This document shows positions 38,250-52,012 of a stretch of 64,000 bases of DNA, piece by piece; positions within the stretch are counted from its first letter, which is position 1, and the number at the start of each line of letters is the position of its first letter. The stretch is from positions 136,896,001-136,960,000 of the forward strand of contig OX597816.1 in the NCBI GenBank assembly GCA_951406725.2, written 5' to 3'. The position numbers and the translations under genes are program-made. The stretch comes from Octopus vulgaris. Its lineage: Eukaryota. The notes under the pieces were generated by a model. The model did no database searches, was not told where the DNA came from, and saw nothing but the letters and a program-made list of their open reading frames with translations.

Positions 38250-38760
38250 GTAAAACAGCACTGTAAGTAAAATTAATGAGCAGCTGCTGCAGTACCTTCC
38301 TGAAAGTCCTTACATCTATAAATCAGTTGATACAATCCCAGATCCAGAAGTGGTAAATTATCCAACAGAATTTCTCAATTCATTGGAGCCTCCAGGACTA
38401 TTTCCCCACAGATTGGAACTTAAAGTGGGAACTCCAGTAATGTTATTGAGGAATTTGGATCCACCAACACTCTGCAGTGGGACACACCTTTTGGTAAAGA
38501 TGATGCTACATGTTATTGAGACCACCATTCTCTCTGGATGTGGAAAAGGAGAGGATGTTTTCATATCCTAGATTCCTCTCATTCCATCAGGAGCAGAAAT
38601 TCCTTTTTCATTCAGAAGAGTGCAATTTCCTATTTGTATCAGCTTCGCAATGTCTATCAATAAATCCCAGGATCAAACACTGTTTGTGGTAGGACTTCAC
38701 TTGGAAGAGTTGTGTTTCTCACATGGCAATTAAATGTCGGCTGCTCTAGAGTGGGAAGCA
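38250..38760 (+). pseudogene. Helitron Rep/Hel Pif1-type helicase C-terminal fragment
   Basis: YPTEFLNSLEPPGL.PHRLELKVGTPVMLLRNLD, RIPLIP, RVQFPI..SFAMSINKSQ, CFSHGQ; stops and frameshifts. Confidence 0.88.
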
Positions 38761-39571
38761 CAAAAAAACAAATCTATTTGCTAGGGAAAATAAAGAATAT
38801 TGTTTATCAAGCGGTTTTGTAAGAATTACTACATCCCATGATGCGCTCCAATATCCACTGCCCATTGTGAATGGTGAAGATGGATACCATTTCAGCATAA
38901 TACCAACAAACCCGAAGACTGCATCAGCAAAGTAGTTTCCGTCATGGATTTTAGTATCAAAGTGTATTCTCCAATTACTCCCACCAACCACATGGTAAGA
39001 CATTACACCTTATTTTTTCATGTAATTCATTATTACATATTCTCATGTGACAGCATAGGCTCAGTTATGTTTACGATGGTTGACAGTATTAGATGCAGCG
39101 CCGATCGTCGCAAAGGAGAGTATATCCACTGACAGTTTTTCAGTGCGTCCAAAATTCACCTACCCCCTACCCCAATTTTCCATGACAGGTTAAGGCCTGG
39201 AATCTTCCAAGTGGAGGCATGACATGTCGCTTAGATGAATTAGCCCATTATTTACTCCACAAATGTTTTGTTGTCAATGCTGCACTTCACGGTATCACTG
39301 TAATATATATACATCTTCTTTCTTTCCTTTCCTGAGCATCCAATAACACTATACTTGTTCCATGTCCTCGTGTTGTTGTGTTTTCGCTTTGTTCATGTTT
39401 GGAGTAACTATATATATATATCTACAAACTATGCCACCTTAATCCCGAGCAACGCCGGGCATCTCTGCTGGTGTGTGTGTGTGACACACACATTAATATA
39501 CAAGTGTGTGTGTGTGTGTGCTCCCGCATGAACGTTGAAGTATGGCTGAATTGAATCATAAGAGAAATAAT

Positions 39572-39913
39572 TAGGAGTGGCTGTGTGCTTACTAGCCACA
39601 TGGTTCCGGGTTCAGTCCCACTGCGTGGCACTTTGGGCAAGTGTCTTCTACTATAGCCTCGGGCCGACCAAAGCGTTGTGAATGGATTTAGTAGGCGGAA
39701 ACTGAAAGAAGCCCGTCGTATATATATATGTGTGTGTGTGTGTGTGACAACCGATGCTGGTGTGTTTACGTCCCCGTGACTTAGCGGTTCGGCAAAAAAC
39801 AGACCGATAGAATAAGTACTAGGCTTACAAAGAATAAGTTCTGGGGTCGATTTGCTCGACTAAAGGCGGTGCTCCAGCATGGCCACAGTCAAATGCCTGA
39901 AACAAGTAAAAGA

Positions 39914-39914
<1 letters not shown>
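39572..39914 (+). mobile_element. tRNA-derived SINE, family A
   Basis: taggagtggctgtg...ggttccgggttcagtccc...gaaacaagtaaaagag. Confidence 0.85.
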
Positions 39915-39954
<40 letters not shown>

Positions 39955-41269
39955 ATTTTGTGAATATGTGCATTTGTTGACAATGAGCTGGCCATCCAGA
40001 TGAGTAACTATCCTTCATATTTGAAACATATTTTCTCTGCCGTGTTCAGTGCTAAAAAAAAAAAAATCTAAGATACCTGACACGAAAGAGAAAGATGAGA
40101 GATAACCAGCAATGTAAATCTGATGTAAGGCAATCATTTTGCTGTCAGCATTTAATCGATGCTCGCAGAAAAGCTGTACAGGCTACGTGCAATTGACTGC
40201 TCTACTTGACGACTTCAACATTTAAAACTACTGCTGCTATTTACTGCTTGGTCTAGTTTGCAAGAAAAACAATTACCAAAGAGATATCGGGTTTCCGAAA
40301 ATTATATACTTCCTCCCGTCATATAATGAGGTCATGTTTGTTACATGACACATATTAAGAGATCAGAAACAAACAAGACCCTCTTTCGCGTATATTCATC
40401 GTTAAATTGTAGACGGCTCTCATAATGATAAATAAAATAAAATCTGCATTGAAAACGGAGAGCATTTTAATGAGAGAGGAGGCGAGAGGGAGAAAGAGAG
40501 AGTTCAGAGAAAGAGAGAGAGGATGAGAGAGTTCGGAGAAAGCGATCGTTCAGAGAAAGAGAGAGAAGATGAGAGTTCGGTGAAAGAGAACGAGAGTGCG
40601 TGCGCGCGCGCGTGTGTTTGCGTGTGTGCGTGTGTGTGTGTGTGTGCGTGTGTGTGTGTGTGTGTGTGTACACAGAGAAATAGTGAGAGGGAGAGAAAGT
40701 GCAGAGAAATAATGTAAGAGAGAGAGAGTGCAGAGAAATAGAGACTGAGAAAGAGAAACATAGTGGTGAAGAAAAAACATTTCTCTCTCTCTCTCTCTCT
40801 TTCTGACATATTCCTCTCTTGGCTCCACAGCGACAACAGATCCGTTCTTCATACAAAAATGCTTGGCGTTTTCAGAAATTATCATTTTTTCTCCTCACCT
40901 CCTCCCCTCTCTCTCTCTCTCTCTCTCTCGCTTTCTTTGCTTCTCTCTCTCATCCTGTCTTTTATTATTCTAATATATCTCACACTCGGCCTTCACACAA
41001 GTACCTACCTAACAACACAAAGCACCGGCAGGCAGTATGATAAAAGAAAACCTCACATTCAAAGGCATCTTATCTGTCTGTCTGTCTGTCTGTCTGCCTG
41101 CGTATTTATTTAAGCAAAACAACCAAGTGGGAAAAAAAAGTACACGCATTGTTTAAAAATACTAACACTCACACACACACACACCGATAAACAAAACATA
41201 CAACCAAGTGGGAGAGTACATACACATTGTGTAGAAAACACAAAGTGGTAGGAGGAATATGAAGTTATA

Positions 41270-42537
41270 CAGGGGTGGGACAAAATAATGGAAACACCTA
41301 GATTCATAAGCATCATAATTTTGAAATATCTATTAAACCGTCAAAAGCTTGTTTATTTTTGTGTTTTTTGATTTATTATTAGTGTTGCTTAATATGTTTT
41401 GCTAAAATTGCTGTTTCTTTTCAGATATCATCAGAAAAAGGTAATTAAAATTCATTAAAATGACAGATCTATAGGACTTTCAAAGTGGTCAAATTGATGG
41501 TGCTCGTATGACAGGCGCTAGCATGAAAGAAAATGGCTGAAATGTTTGGTATTTATAGAAGTACTGCCTCGAAAGTAATGACAGCCTTTAAGAGAGAGGG
41601 GGGAAAAACCTTCTCGTCGAAATAAAACTCCGGAAGAAAGCCAAAACTTTCAGATAGGGATCGTCAGATTCTTACGTGAATTGTTAGATAGGATCACAAA
41701 AGTATAGCTCACAAAATTACTGCAGAGCTTTATGACCACCTCGAGAACCCAGTTTCCACAAACATTATTCGCTGGGAGCTGCACAAAGCCGGATTTACAG
41801 GAGGGCTGCAATTAGAAAACCACTACTTTCAAAAACAAACGTTGCAAAGCGTTTAGAGTGGAATAAAAACCTCCAGAATTGGTCCCTAGAGCAGTGGAAG
41901 AATGTTATTTTCTTGGACGAGTCATCCTTTACCTTGTTTCCAACCACCGGCCAAGTATACGTGTGGAGACAGGCAAAAGAAGCATTTGACCCAGACTGCC
42001 TTCTTCCAACAGTTAAACATGGAGGAGGATCTGTGATGATCTGTTGGGGCTATATCTTGGAAATCCGCCAGCCCAATGGTTTCCTTTTATGGCAGAATTA
42101 ATAGTCAGGATTATCTAAGCATTTTATCTGATCAAATTCATCCTTTGGTTGCGGAACTGTTTCCGGAGGGAAATGCAATCTTTCAGGATGATAATGCACC
42201 AATTCACACAGCTAAAGTTGTTACTGAATGCCACGAGGAACATTCTAGTGAACATCTTATCTGGCCACCACTGTCCCCAGATCTCAATATTATTGAAGAT
42301 TTATGGTGCATTTTAGAAAAACAAGGAGTCGATATCCTTCACCATAATCACTACAAGAACTGGAGACTGTTTTAGCTGAGGAATGGACAAAAATTCCTTT
42401 AGAAACAATTCAATCTTTGTACGAGTCCATACCTCGTAGAATTCAAGCTGTAATTACTGTCAAAAGCGGTCCTATCGCATATTAGAACAAATTCGTTTGA
42501 AACTTTAAGGTGTTTACATTATTTTGTCCAACCCCTA
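41270..42537 (+). mobile_element. Full-length degenerate Tc1 (DD34E-type) transposon
   Basis: TIRs caggggtgggacaaaataatggaaacacct / aggtgtttacattattttgtccaacccct. Transposase from 41460 with FLDESSF, VKHGGGSVM, FQDDNAPIH, SPDLNIIE. Confidence 0.92.
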
Positions 42538-42631
42538 CAGATTTGATAGACTTGTGATCAAGGGCGTCCGACCGTGACCTTTCTATTCTCACCAAAGCCA
42601 CCAGAGTCAATGTGCCTAGTTGTTTGTTATT

Positions 42632-43032
42632 GAGCTGACAGAATCGTTAGCGCGCCAGGTAAAAAAAAAAAAAATACTTAGCGGCATTTCGTCTGTCTTT
42701 ATGTTCTGAGTTCAAATTGCACCGAGGTCGATTTTGCCTTTCATCCTTTTGGGATCGAGGAAATAAGTACCGGTGAAACACTGGAATCAGTGTAATTGAC
42801 TTGTTCCTTCTCCCAAAGTTTCAGACCTTGTGCCTATAGTAGAAAGGATTACACTGGACAGAATGCTTAGCAGCATTTCGTCTGTCTTCATGTTCTGAAT
42901 TCAAATTCCGCCGAGGTCAACTTTGCCTTTCATCCTTTCGGGGTCGCTAAATTTAGTATCAGTGAAACACTGGAGTTGAATCCCCTCCTACCACCGAAAC
43001 AATTTCAGGCCTTGTGCCTTTAGTAGAAAGGT
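42632..43032 (+). mobile_element. Two tandem tRNA-derived SINEs, family B (Nin/Deu-domain-like)
   Basis: gagctgacagaatcgttagc head and gcctttcatcctttcggggtcg...aagtacc core, resembling the DeuSINE/Nin domain. Confidence 0.7.
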
Positions 43033-43049
43033 ATTTCTGCAGCTAATTT

Positions 43050-43800
43050 CTTTAACGGAGCTGCAGTCCTGGGTAAAGCAGAGACTGATGGGGAGCATTT
43101 GGAAAGTGGAATGTCTTCAAGCGCCCACAGCCCTCAGTCAATCGGACACTGCGATAGGTGGAACGTCTACTTTAGCTTTTTATAGAGGAGTAGTGGAGAG
43201 AAAGTGCGACGACGTTCTTGAGGAGACCTTGGGTATCGAAGATCAGCTAGTCGCTCTTTCCAGAGAACTTTCGGTCCGGGACCGATGGATAATTTCCAAA
43301 AGTCTATGGCCTGGCAGTGCTACCGGGGAGCTTCACCTGTTCGAGATAAACTTTAAAGGCGCAGAAGTGTCGTCAGCCAAGCATGTCCAAAATGTGTGCA
43401 GGACGATGAGACAGTCCTGCATGCATTCGTCCAGTGCCCTAGCATTGCTGACCTGTGGGTTTATGTCGAATACCTGCTGTCGCGTATAGGACGGATCCGG
43501 CTGTCAACTGAAACCATAGTGAAAATCGCACCGCCACCTTCCTTTAACCGGGAAGGAAAGCTGTGTTTATATGCCTGGTGGCAATGGAGAAAGAAATTGT
43601 ATGGTGGACGAGATTGAAGAGGCTGAAGACAAACACCTTTCTCTTTGATCAATCCCTAATCGACTTCTTCAAGATTCACTTGAAAAGGAAAATAAGGGTA
43701 CATGGGGGAAGTGTTGTCTTCTAGCCAGTTGGCTGAAAAGTGGATGAAAATGATGAGAATGGTACGAGTGAACAGATCTGCCCTGAGCATACGCCTGTAG
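43050..43800 (+). mobile_element. Tx1/L1 LINE 3' fragment
   Basis: AFYRGVVE, DETVLHAFVQCP, IAPPPSF; homologous to 14070-14815. Confidence 0.85.
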
Positions 43801-44165
43801 TTAGAAAAAAGGAAAGAGAACGAAGCACCTGTCCCAAAAGTCAGGGTACCTATGGTTTTTATGGGGCTTTTCCATGAGCAACCCTCGAACGTCTCCTCCC
43901 TATTGAGGATTAAACATTGTTGATAGTTTTTGAAAAAAAATTGTTAGTCTTGTTTACACGCAAAACCCTCACAATACACACTCACATCATACTCACACAC
44001 ATTCTTTGTTTTGTCCTGTATTGTCCATAATGCTTTTCTTAATGTAAATCCTTATGGTTAATAAAGAAATTATTAAAACCCATTGTGTAGTCCCGTTTTT
44101 GTCTTTTATGTTGTTGCATGTCCTTTAATGTCATAGTATGTGAGCCTTCGTAACTAATTCCAAGA

Positions 44166-44224
<59 letters not shown>

Positions 44225-44249
44225 CATCATCATCATCATTATCATTATT

Positions 44250-44467
44250 AAGGCCACAAGCTGGCAGAATCGTTAGCACGCTGGGCAAAATGCTTCGTAG
44301 CATTTCCTTCGTCTTTACGTTTTGAGTTCAAATTGCACTGAGGCCGACTTTGCCTTACATCCTTTCAGGGTCGATAGATTAAGTACCAGTTTAATACTGA
44401 GGTCGATGTAGTCAACTTACCCCCTCTCCTGAAATTGCTGGCCTTTTACGAAAATTTGAAATCAATA
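44250..44467 (+). mobile_element. SINE family B
   Basis: Same head and core as 42632; preceded by (ATT)n. Confidence 0.75.
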
Positions 44468-45363
44468 TTATCATTATAGGAGAGTGTAATTGGAGGAGTA
44501 TTTTGGCTGCCATTTATAGTACGTTGAATAATTTGGTAGAAAAGCTTCCTCATCTTTTTTTGTTGTACCAGTAGTTCTAACCTTTTTTGCATCACTGACC
44601 AGTTTCATGAAAGACAAATATCTCTCCGGAATAAGAGATTTCTCGCATAAAATAAACATATTCATTACATATGTACATTACATATCTTTTATTTGTTATA
44701 GTCATTGGATTGCGACCATGCTAGAGCACCGCCGCGAAAGGGTTTTTAACTGAACGGCCTGGTACTTATTCTATCGGGCTCTTTTGCCGAACCGAACGGC
44801 TAAGTTATGGTGACGTAAACAAACCAACACCGTTTATCAAGCGTTAGTGGAAGATAAACAGAAAGACTCACAAACGCAGGTATATGCATATATGTTTGAA
44901 GTGGTGTACGAAGGTAGTCAGGATTTGGATAAAAACTATTATTTAGCGCTTTCACTATTGAGGTATTCATTATGAATAATGAAAAATTATTAACAATGAA
45001 TTCCTCAAAAGGATGAAAACGCTAAATAGTTTTTACCCAAGCCCTTATTCTTTATATAGATATAACATTTGTAAAAGATGTGGGGTTCAGAGAATCGTAT
45101 GGCTATCACAGGAAGCTCCTCTAACAGACATGGCTATGAGAATGCATTGTAATCCAATACAGATAAGTGTAACACAGTGTCCATGTCGCTGAAATCCAAA
45201 AGATCCGATAAATGAAATTAATAAACCATAAAAAATCATGAGGCATGAGAGATGAATACATTTATTTAATCCATTTGTATTATTCACAAATCAATGCAAA
45301 TACAGAAAGCTAGCTTATCATCAGGTGACCAGAATCGTTGTATTTGGTAGATGTGTATATACA

Positions 45364-45790
45364 TAGGCGCAGGCGTATGCGTGTGATAAGGAACTTGCTT
45401 CCCAGCCACATGTTTCTGGGTTTAGTCCCACTGCGCGAACCCTTGGGCAAGTGTCTTCTACTATAGCCACGGGCCGACCAAATCCTTATGAGTGGATTTT
45501 GATAGATGGAAACTGAAAGAAGCCCGTCGTATATATACGTACCTACATACATACATACGTACATACATACATATGTGTGTGTGTGTGTGTGCGTTTGTCC
45601 CCACCACCATCACTTGACAACCGGTGGTTGGTGTGCTTGCGCCCCTGTAACCTATCGGTTCGGCAAAAGAGACCGATAGAATAGGTACTAGACTTTAAAA
45701 AAAAAGTCCTGGGGTCGATTTGCTTGACTAAAACCTTTCATGGCGGTGCCCCAGCATGGCTGCAGTAAAATGACTGAAACAAACAAAAGA
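45364..45790 (+). mobile_element. SINE family A (further partial copies at 44690-44875 -, 45800-45865 -, 45966-46246 +)
   Basis: Shared head, core and tail motifs. Confidence 0.8.
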
Positions 45791-45872
45791 ACACACACAG
45801 TGTCACGCAATGGGACTGAACCATGTGGTTGGGAAGCAAGCTTCTTAGCACACAACCACTCCTGTAACTCTC

Positions 45873-45967
<95 letters not shown>

Positions 45968-46245
45968 TTGGTAGACGGAAACTGAAAGAAGCCCGTCGTA
46001 TATATGTATATATGCGTGCGTGTATGTTTTGTGTGTCTGTGTTTGTCCCCCTAGTATTGCTTGACAACCGATGCTGGTGTGTTTACGTCCCCGTCACTTA
46101 GCGGGGTTCGGCAAAAGAGACCGATAGAATAAGTACTGGGCTTACAAAGAATAAGTCCCGGAGTCGAGTTGCTCGACTAAAGGCGGTGTTCCAGCATGGC
46201 CGCAGTCAACTGACTGAAACAAGTAAAAGAGTAAAATAGTAAAGA

Positions 46246-46285
<40 letters not shown>

Positions 46286-46628
46286 CAAAAGTGTAACAAA
46301 AACGCAAGAAACTGAAATATTGCAAAAGCAACAAATAGAAAAAGCAACAAATAGAAAATTCGTAGCTTATTCCTCATTAGTCAACGTCCAAATGATCATT
46401 GCAATTTCGCGATTTTAACGTAGATATTGTCCACTTTTGGTAGCGCCAGTGGCGAAAAGCCATTGGGAATAACTAGCGAATGTACAGGACAATGACGAAA
46501 ACAAACACAGCAGAATAAAACATACATATGCAACAAAAACAAAGCCGTGCAGCTGCAAGACAGACTGACACGGGTAACGCAATGGAAAATGAAAATTTTC
46601 TGTACTAGCTGTAGGAAAATTTTCTGCA

Positions 46629-47533
46629 CTAGCTGACATACCCAGAATTCCGCGGAAAGCGGGGCTTATCCCTTAGTTTCGTCCTCATAATCGCGTCACT
46701 AATACAATAACAACAATACAAAGTATGTAGCCCTTAAAACGGCTTTTTGTGCATTTACAGAGAATACCGAACTGTCTTACACAGGATATTATTTTTAGGA
46801 ATTCTCAATAAGTTATGAATACCCAAATTGTGAAGTCAGTTATGTAATAACATGAAATTAGTTACCCGATAGTAAGAATTCAAATAAAGTAGCCCTGAAA
46901 AAGGCTTTAATGCATTTCCAGAGTATATAGAACTAAGGAAGAAATACTAATAAGGTATGTATACTAAAACCGTGAAGCATGTTACGTAATAACAAGCTAA
47001 TCAGATATGAGATAATAACAATTCAAAGTAAATAAGTCTGAAAAGGGCTTTTGTGCGTTCTCAGAGAATATTACCCTCAGTGGCACTAGTGTTGGTATAT
47101 TCGTGAATGAATCACTAACGGAAATAAATGGATCTTTTGTTTAGGAAAATACTGTTTACTTGTTTAAAGGCTGTACTGGATAAATTGCGAAAATGACTCT
47201 AACAGTTCAAATACCAAGAAAGAAGCATACTCAATTCGATTTATACCAAATGAATTAAGAAAACTGAATGCGTTATTTCCCTTGATGTTAAAATCTGGGC
47301 GAATGGGTTATTTCCCTTGACTATTAAAGCGAAATATATTAGACATATATGAGAATGCCTTCCAGGAGGCCTATTATCGATTTTTTCAACAATCTGAGTA
47401 TGTCATGAGGTTTCCAGACATGAGTTCTATTCATGTGTCAAGTTTCATCAAAATCGATAAAACGATGTAGGAAGAGTTAGCTAACAACTCCACAAACACA
47501 CCCATGGACAGCATTTCCGACATATGTAGTAGA
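46629..47533 (-). mobile_element. Non-autonomous Helitron-like element (family H2) with internal repeats
   Basis: Minus strand A|TCTACTAC start and CTAG|T end; internal ~140-165-bp repeats (aaagta..gccc.taaaa.ggcttt at ~46721, 46887, 47026). Confidence 0.65.
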
Positions 47534-47679
47534 TATATATATAATACGTTTTTCTTTCTATTTCGGCTCTCTCAGACACAACTGCTTTCTCATTCCACAG
47601 CAAACGGAGCAAACAATGTAAACTTTAAACAACAATACACTGTTAACTGATACAGCTAACCATTATTAAACACCTTAGA

Positions 47680-47900
47680 GGCGGCGAACAGGCAGAATCG
47701 TTAGCATGCTGATCAAATGCTTAGTGGCATTTCGTCCGTCTTTACTCGTTACATCCTGAATTCAAATTCCACTTTCACTCACTTTTCCTTTCATCCTTTA
47801 GGGTCGATAAAATAAGTACCAGTTGAACGTTGGGGTCCATGAAATTGACCTACCCCTGCCTCGAAATTGCTGGCCTTGTGTCAAAATATGGAATAATTAT
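47680..47900 (+). mobile_element. SINE family B (another partial copy at 49590-49746)
   Basis: gcggcgaacaggcagaatcgttagc head; ttcatcctttagggtcgataaaataagtacc core. Confidence 0.75.
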
Positions 47901-48551
47901 TAAACATTGTAATGCCTATCCAGACAACCTTTGTTTTTCTGCACATATATGTTATGAATAAATATGAACCATCGGAAAGAAAAAGAAGACAGGAAAAGAA
48001 CAAATAAAGGAGCTATCGACAATGGGAGAGAGAGAGGGGGAGAGAGAGAGAGAGTGAGAGAGAGAGAGTCAGAGAGAGAAAGAGGAGAGAGAGAAACAGA
48101 GGGAGAGAGAGAGAGGGGGAGAGAGAGAGGGAGAGACGTAAGGGTGACAATTTGAAAATCATAATTTTAACAAAAGCAACTGGAAAGGAATGTGTCGCAA
48201 TGCTATAGTGATATTTCAATACTCTCAAATGTGCTTTGCAAATAATAGAGCAAGAATTCTACTAATCTATGTTTGTGAACGTAAGACTGGGGGCAACATT
48301 GTCACAGAAAGGTGAACTATCGAAAACATGTCACCGTGCCGTGAATTAAATTGAAACCTCCTGACAGCACTCTGCTATTTGCCCTTACGCTCTTGTAGTT
48401 TCCAATCCCAGTGACTTTCACAATGCCTGTTAATAAGTCTCCGTGTCAAGTTATTGAATAAAATAGGTCTGTTTCTCCCAATTGATCTACATAGACAGTT
48501 GTATGTGACTCAATAAAAACAACACAAAATTATATGCAAGTATAGTAACAA

Positions 48552-49064
48552 CTAGCAGTATCGCCCGGCGTTGCTCGGGTTTGTAAGGGAAATAATTATA
48601 TAAGCATTTTTAGAGAGTTACTTCCCTTATAGATGCCAATTCGGGCTTTCTTAGCCATTTCTGTTTTGGTGTCTTCAAGCCATGAAGTCGTTGTTCTAAA
48701 AGAACGCTGGTCTCCTTGACAACGCATTACGACGTTGATTTCCTTACACTCCCTTCCCCACAGCTTCACAAGGGAGGGAAGAAGGGGGAGAAGCAAACAG
48801 GTGCAGGTGTGACCGTGGACGCCAACTCCGCCGCCATCGACACACGAAAAATTATGCATTAAAATGGAATAAAAAATGATGTTAAATTATTTTTAAAATC
48901 GTAGACTCATCGTAGACGCGCGCTAATACTCAGACGGGCTCGATATGAATCACGACTATAAGATACCCGAATTTTGTTAAACTGCACCGCAAAATGTGGG
49001 AGTAGTTAGGAATCTAAATCGAAGGGGACAGACACTCACACAACTACAGTTTTATATATATAGA
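48552..49064 (-). mobile_element. Non-autonomous Helitron (family H1)
   Basis: Minus strand A|TCTATATATATAAAA start, hairpin cccgagcaacgccggg, CTAG|T end; same ends as 37303-39471. Another 3' end starts at 63981. Confidence 0.85.
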
Positions 49065-50822
49065 TTACACAACATAAGAAAAACCACCAACATTGTTAAA
49101 AGTTTCTTCTAAACTTTTATATCATCCCGACTATTTAATTCAGATAAATTTGCATTCGCCTATATTTATAAAATTGCATACAACCATATATATGTTTCAG
49201 AACCAACTACGTTTTATCCCATTTTCCCGATAACCCTACCAATCTTCATTGTCGTTCTCCCCTTCCTCCTCTTCATCAAAATCACCACCACATCTGTTGT
49301 TGCTGTTGTTGTTGTTGTTAAGCAACAAGACGGGTAAGGGTGATTAGGTGATGGTCTAGGGCTTAGGGGTGGGAGACCCCAGACCTTGGGAAAAAAAACA
49401 AACTTTGGTCGTCTTGTTGTAGTCGAGGGCTCTTCGTTGACGCCCAACACCACTGTGAGGTGGCCCTCGAAGTCGCTGGAAATGGAGATCTTTAGGTCCA
49501 AATTCTTGGACGGCTATTGTTGCTGATGAGAAAAGTGACAATAAATATATGCTTGCTTTAGTTTATTTCCGAATTTTGTTATTTTTGGCTCTTTCCGTTC
49601 TGAGTCCATATGCCGCCGTGGTCGACTTTGACTTTTATTTTTTCGGAGCTGATAAACCAAGTACCAGTGGAGTATTGGAGTCAATGTAATCAACTTCACT
49701 CATCTTCCTCTAAATTTGTTGGCATTCTGCCAAATTTTGAAACCATTCTTTTAATTTTTTAGAACGTCTAAAGACTTACCACTTGTCCAAGAAACATTTA
49801 GCCTTCTCGATTATTATTGTCTTATGTTATTGACTCGGTAGTTCTGTTGTTATTACCTGTTACATTTGTTGTCCTTTATTATGTTAACCGTTATGCACAC
49901 ACACCTATCTATCTATCTATGTGTCTGTCTGTCTGTCTGTCTGTCTGTCTTTCTGTCTGTCTCTATCTATCTCTCTATATATCTATTCGTCTGTTGTATG
50001 TGTGCGTGCGAGAGAAAGAGAGGGTGGGAGAGAGAGAGAAAGAGAGAGAGACAGAGAGAGACAGAGAGAGAGAGAGACAGAGAGAGAGAACATGTTAATA
50101 GCATAAATTAGAATTTTAGTTATTGTGCCTTGAATCCAAAGATAAGAATGCATTCTATTTACTATATATTACACTAGTATTGCTATAAAACCTTTGAGTT
50201 TTCAATGCCTTACCTCAGTAGTTTTATGGCGCAATAAAAATTTACAATGTACGTTATGGTTTAATGCACTGCACGCCTATTATCTTGCGGTAAAGTGAAA
50301 AGTGTATGCCTTTTTTAATTAATGTTATTCCCCATCTCTCTCCCACTTTGTTCATCCATGAACTCATTGAATTTTTAAGTGGTTGAAAATTCCACCAGAC
50401 ACGTGTACTCTTAACGTAGTTGTCAGGCAGATTCAGCGTGAATTATTTTTCTAGTTCATTCATTTGCTCGTCGACATAGCAAAATGGTATGATTCTAATT
50501 TATTAAGCCTTCGTTCCTCATCTCGAGGCCCTGTTCTTTCTTCTTTCCTCTTCTCTTCTTTTATTTTATGTATTTGTCTTCACTCTGATGAAGCTCCATG
50601 TACCGGATCGGATGTGCCTTAAAAGATGACGAATATTATTCTTTGGCAGTGCCGACTAACGTTGGTAGCAGAAACGGCTGTTAGCAATCTTAAAGTTTTG
50701 TATCAAAAAAATAATAACCTATGGTAGTCAATTTGTTTATTGATCAAAATTTTCTCCATTTTCTATTTAATGTATATATAAGCACACTCTAGGTTATAGA
50801 GCAGTAGAGTATATAGATAAAA

Positions 50823-51147
<325 letters not shown>

Positions 51148-51399
51148 GTCCATGTTAATACATATCCTAATTATATTTTAAACTAATTTCGCACCCTTCA
51201 GCACATAAGGCATGCACGAACAACGTTCATTTCGATATCACCTGGACGACAGCATGTGATAAAAATGTCGAGGACCGAAGTATCCAAAGTCCCAAAAAGT
51301 TAAATCTACTACATGTACTGAGTACATTTTCTCCTGTTTCTAACTCAAATTATGTACAAACACATGAGTACGAACCCGCAAATAGATAAGTACTTAGAA

Positions 51400-51436
<37 letters not shown>

Positions 51437-51945
51437 CATATATATGTATCCCATGCATGTATGTACAAAACCAAGCACGCGCGCGAACACACACACACTC
51501 ATACTCACATGCACACACACACACACACACGAGTGAGTAGACAAACGAAAGAAGGACATTCACATTTATTGGGAGTTACACGTATGGATCAAAACACTTT
51601 GATTCAAACTCCTTGGTATTCCGAGTTTCAAAATGTGATGCTAATCTTCAGACGTTGGAAATTTTGATGAGGTCATTTAGAGAAAGGTAGATAGATAGAT
51701 AAGTCTATGTGTAACGGTTAAGATATAATAAAGGTCACCAAATGTAACAGTTATGTAACAGATAGTAAACACCAGAACCACCGAGTCAATAACATCAGAC
51801 AAAAACAATCGAGAAGGCTAAATGCGTCCTGGATTTCTTCAACTGAGCTCTCTTTCAAATTTCCTACGGCTGAGGATCAACATCACACTTTGAAAGTCGG
51901 AGTACCAACGAGATTATATGACTCAAAACAGCTTGATTCACACAT

Positions 51946-52012
<67 letters not shown>

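Larger units (their letters stand above)
37303..39471 (+). mobile_element. Non-autonomous Helitron carrying a Pif1 helicase fragment
   Basis: A|TCTATATAT 5' end; subterminal hairpin cccgagcaacgccggg (39444-39459); CTGG|T 3' end (fits CTRR). Confidence 0.8.

Noticed and set aside
39572-39630. SINE heads as tRNA genes
   Set aside because: They have A/B-box-like motifs but no complete cloverleaf, and they continue into SINE bodies.
40000-41260. Promoter or 5' UTR of a host gene
   Set aside because: Only composition (GA/CT tracts, some CpG) suggests it; no ORF or splice structure could be supported.
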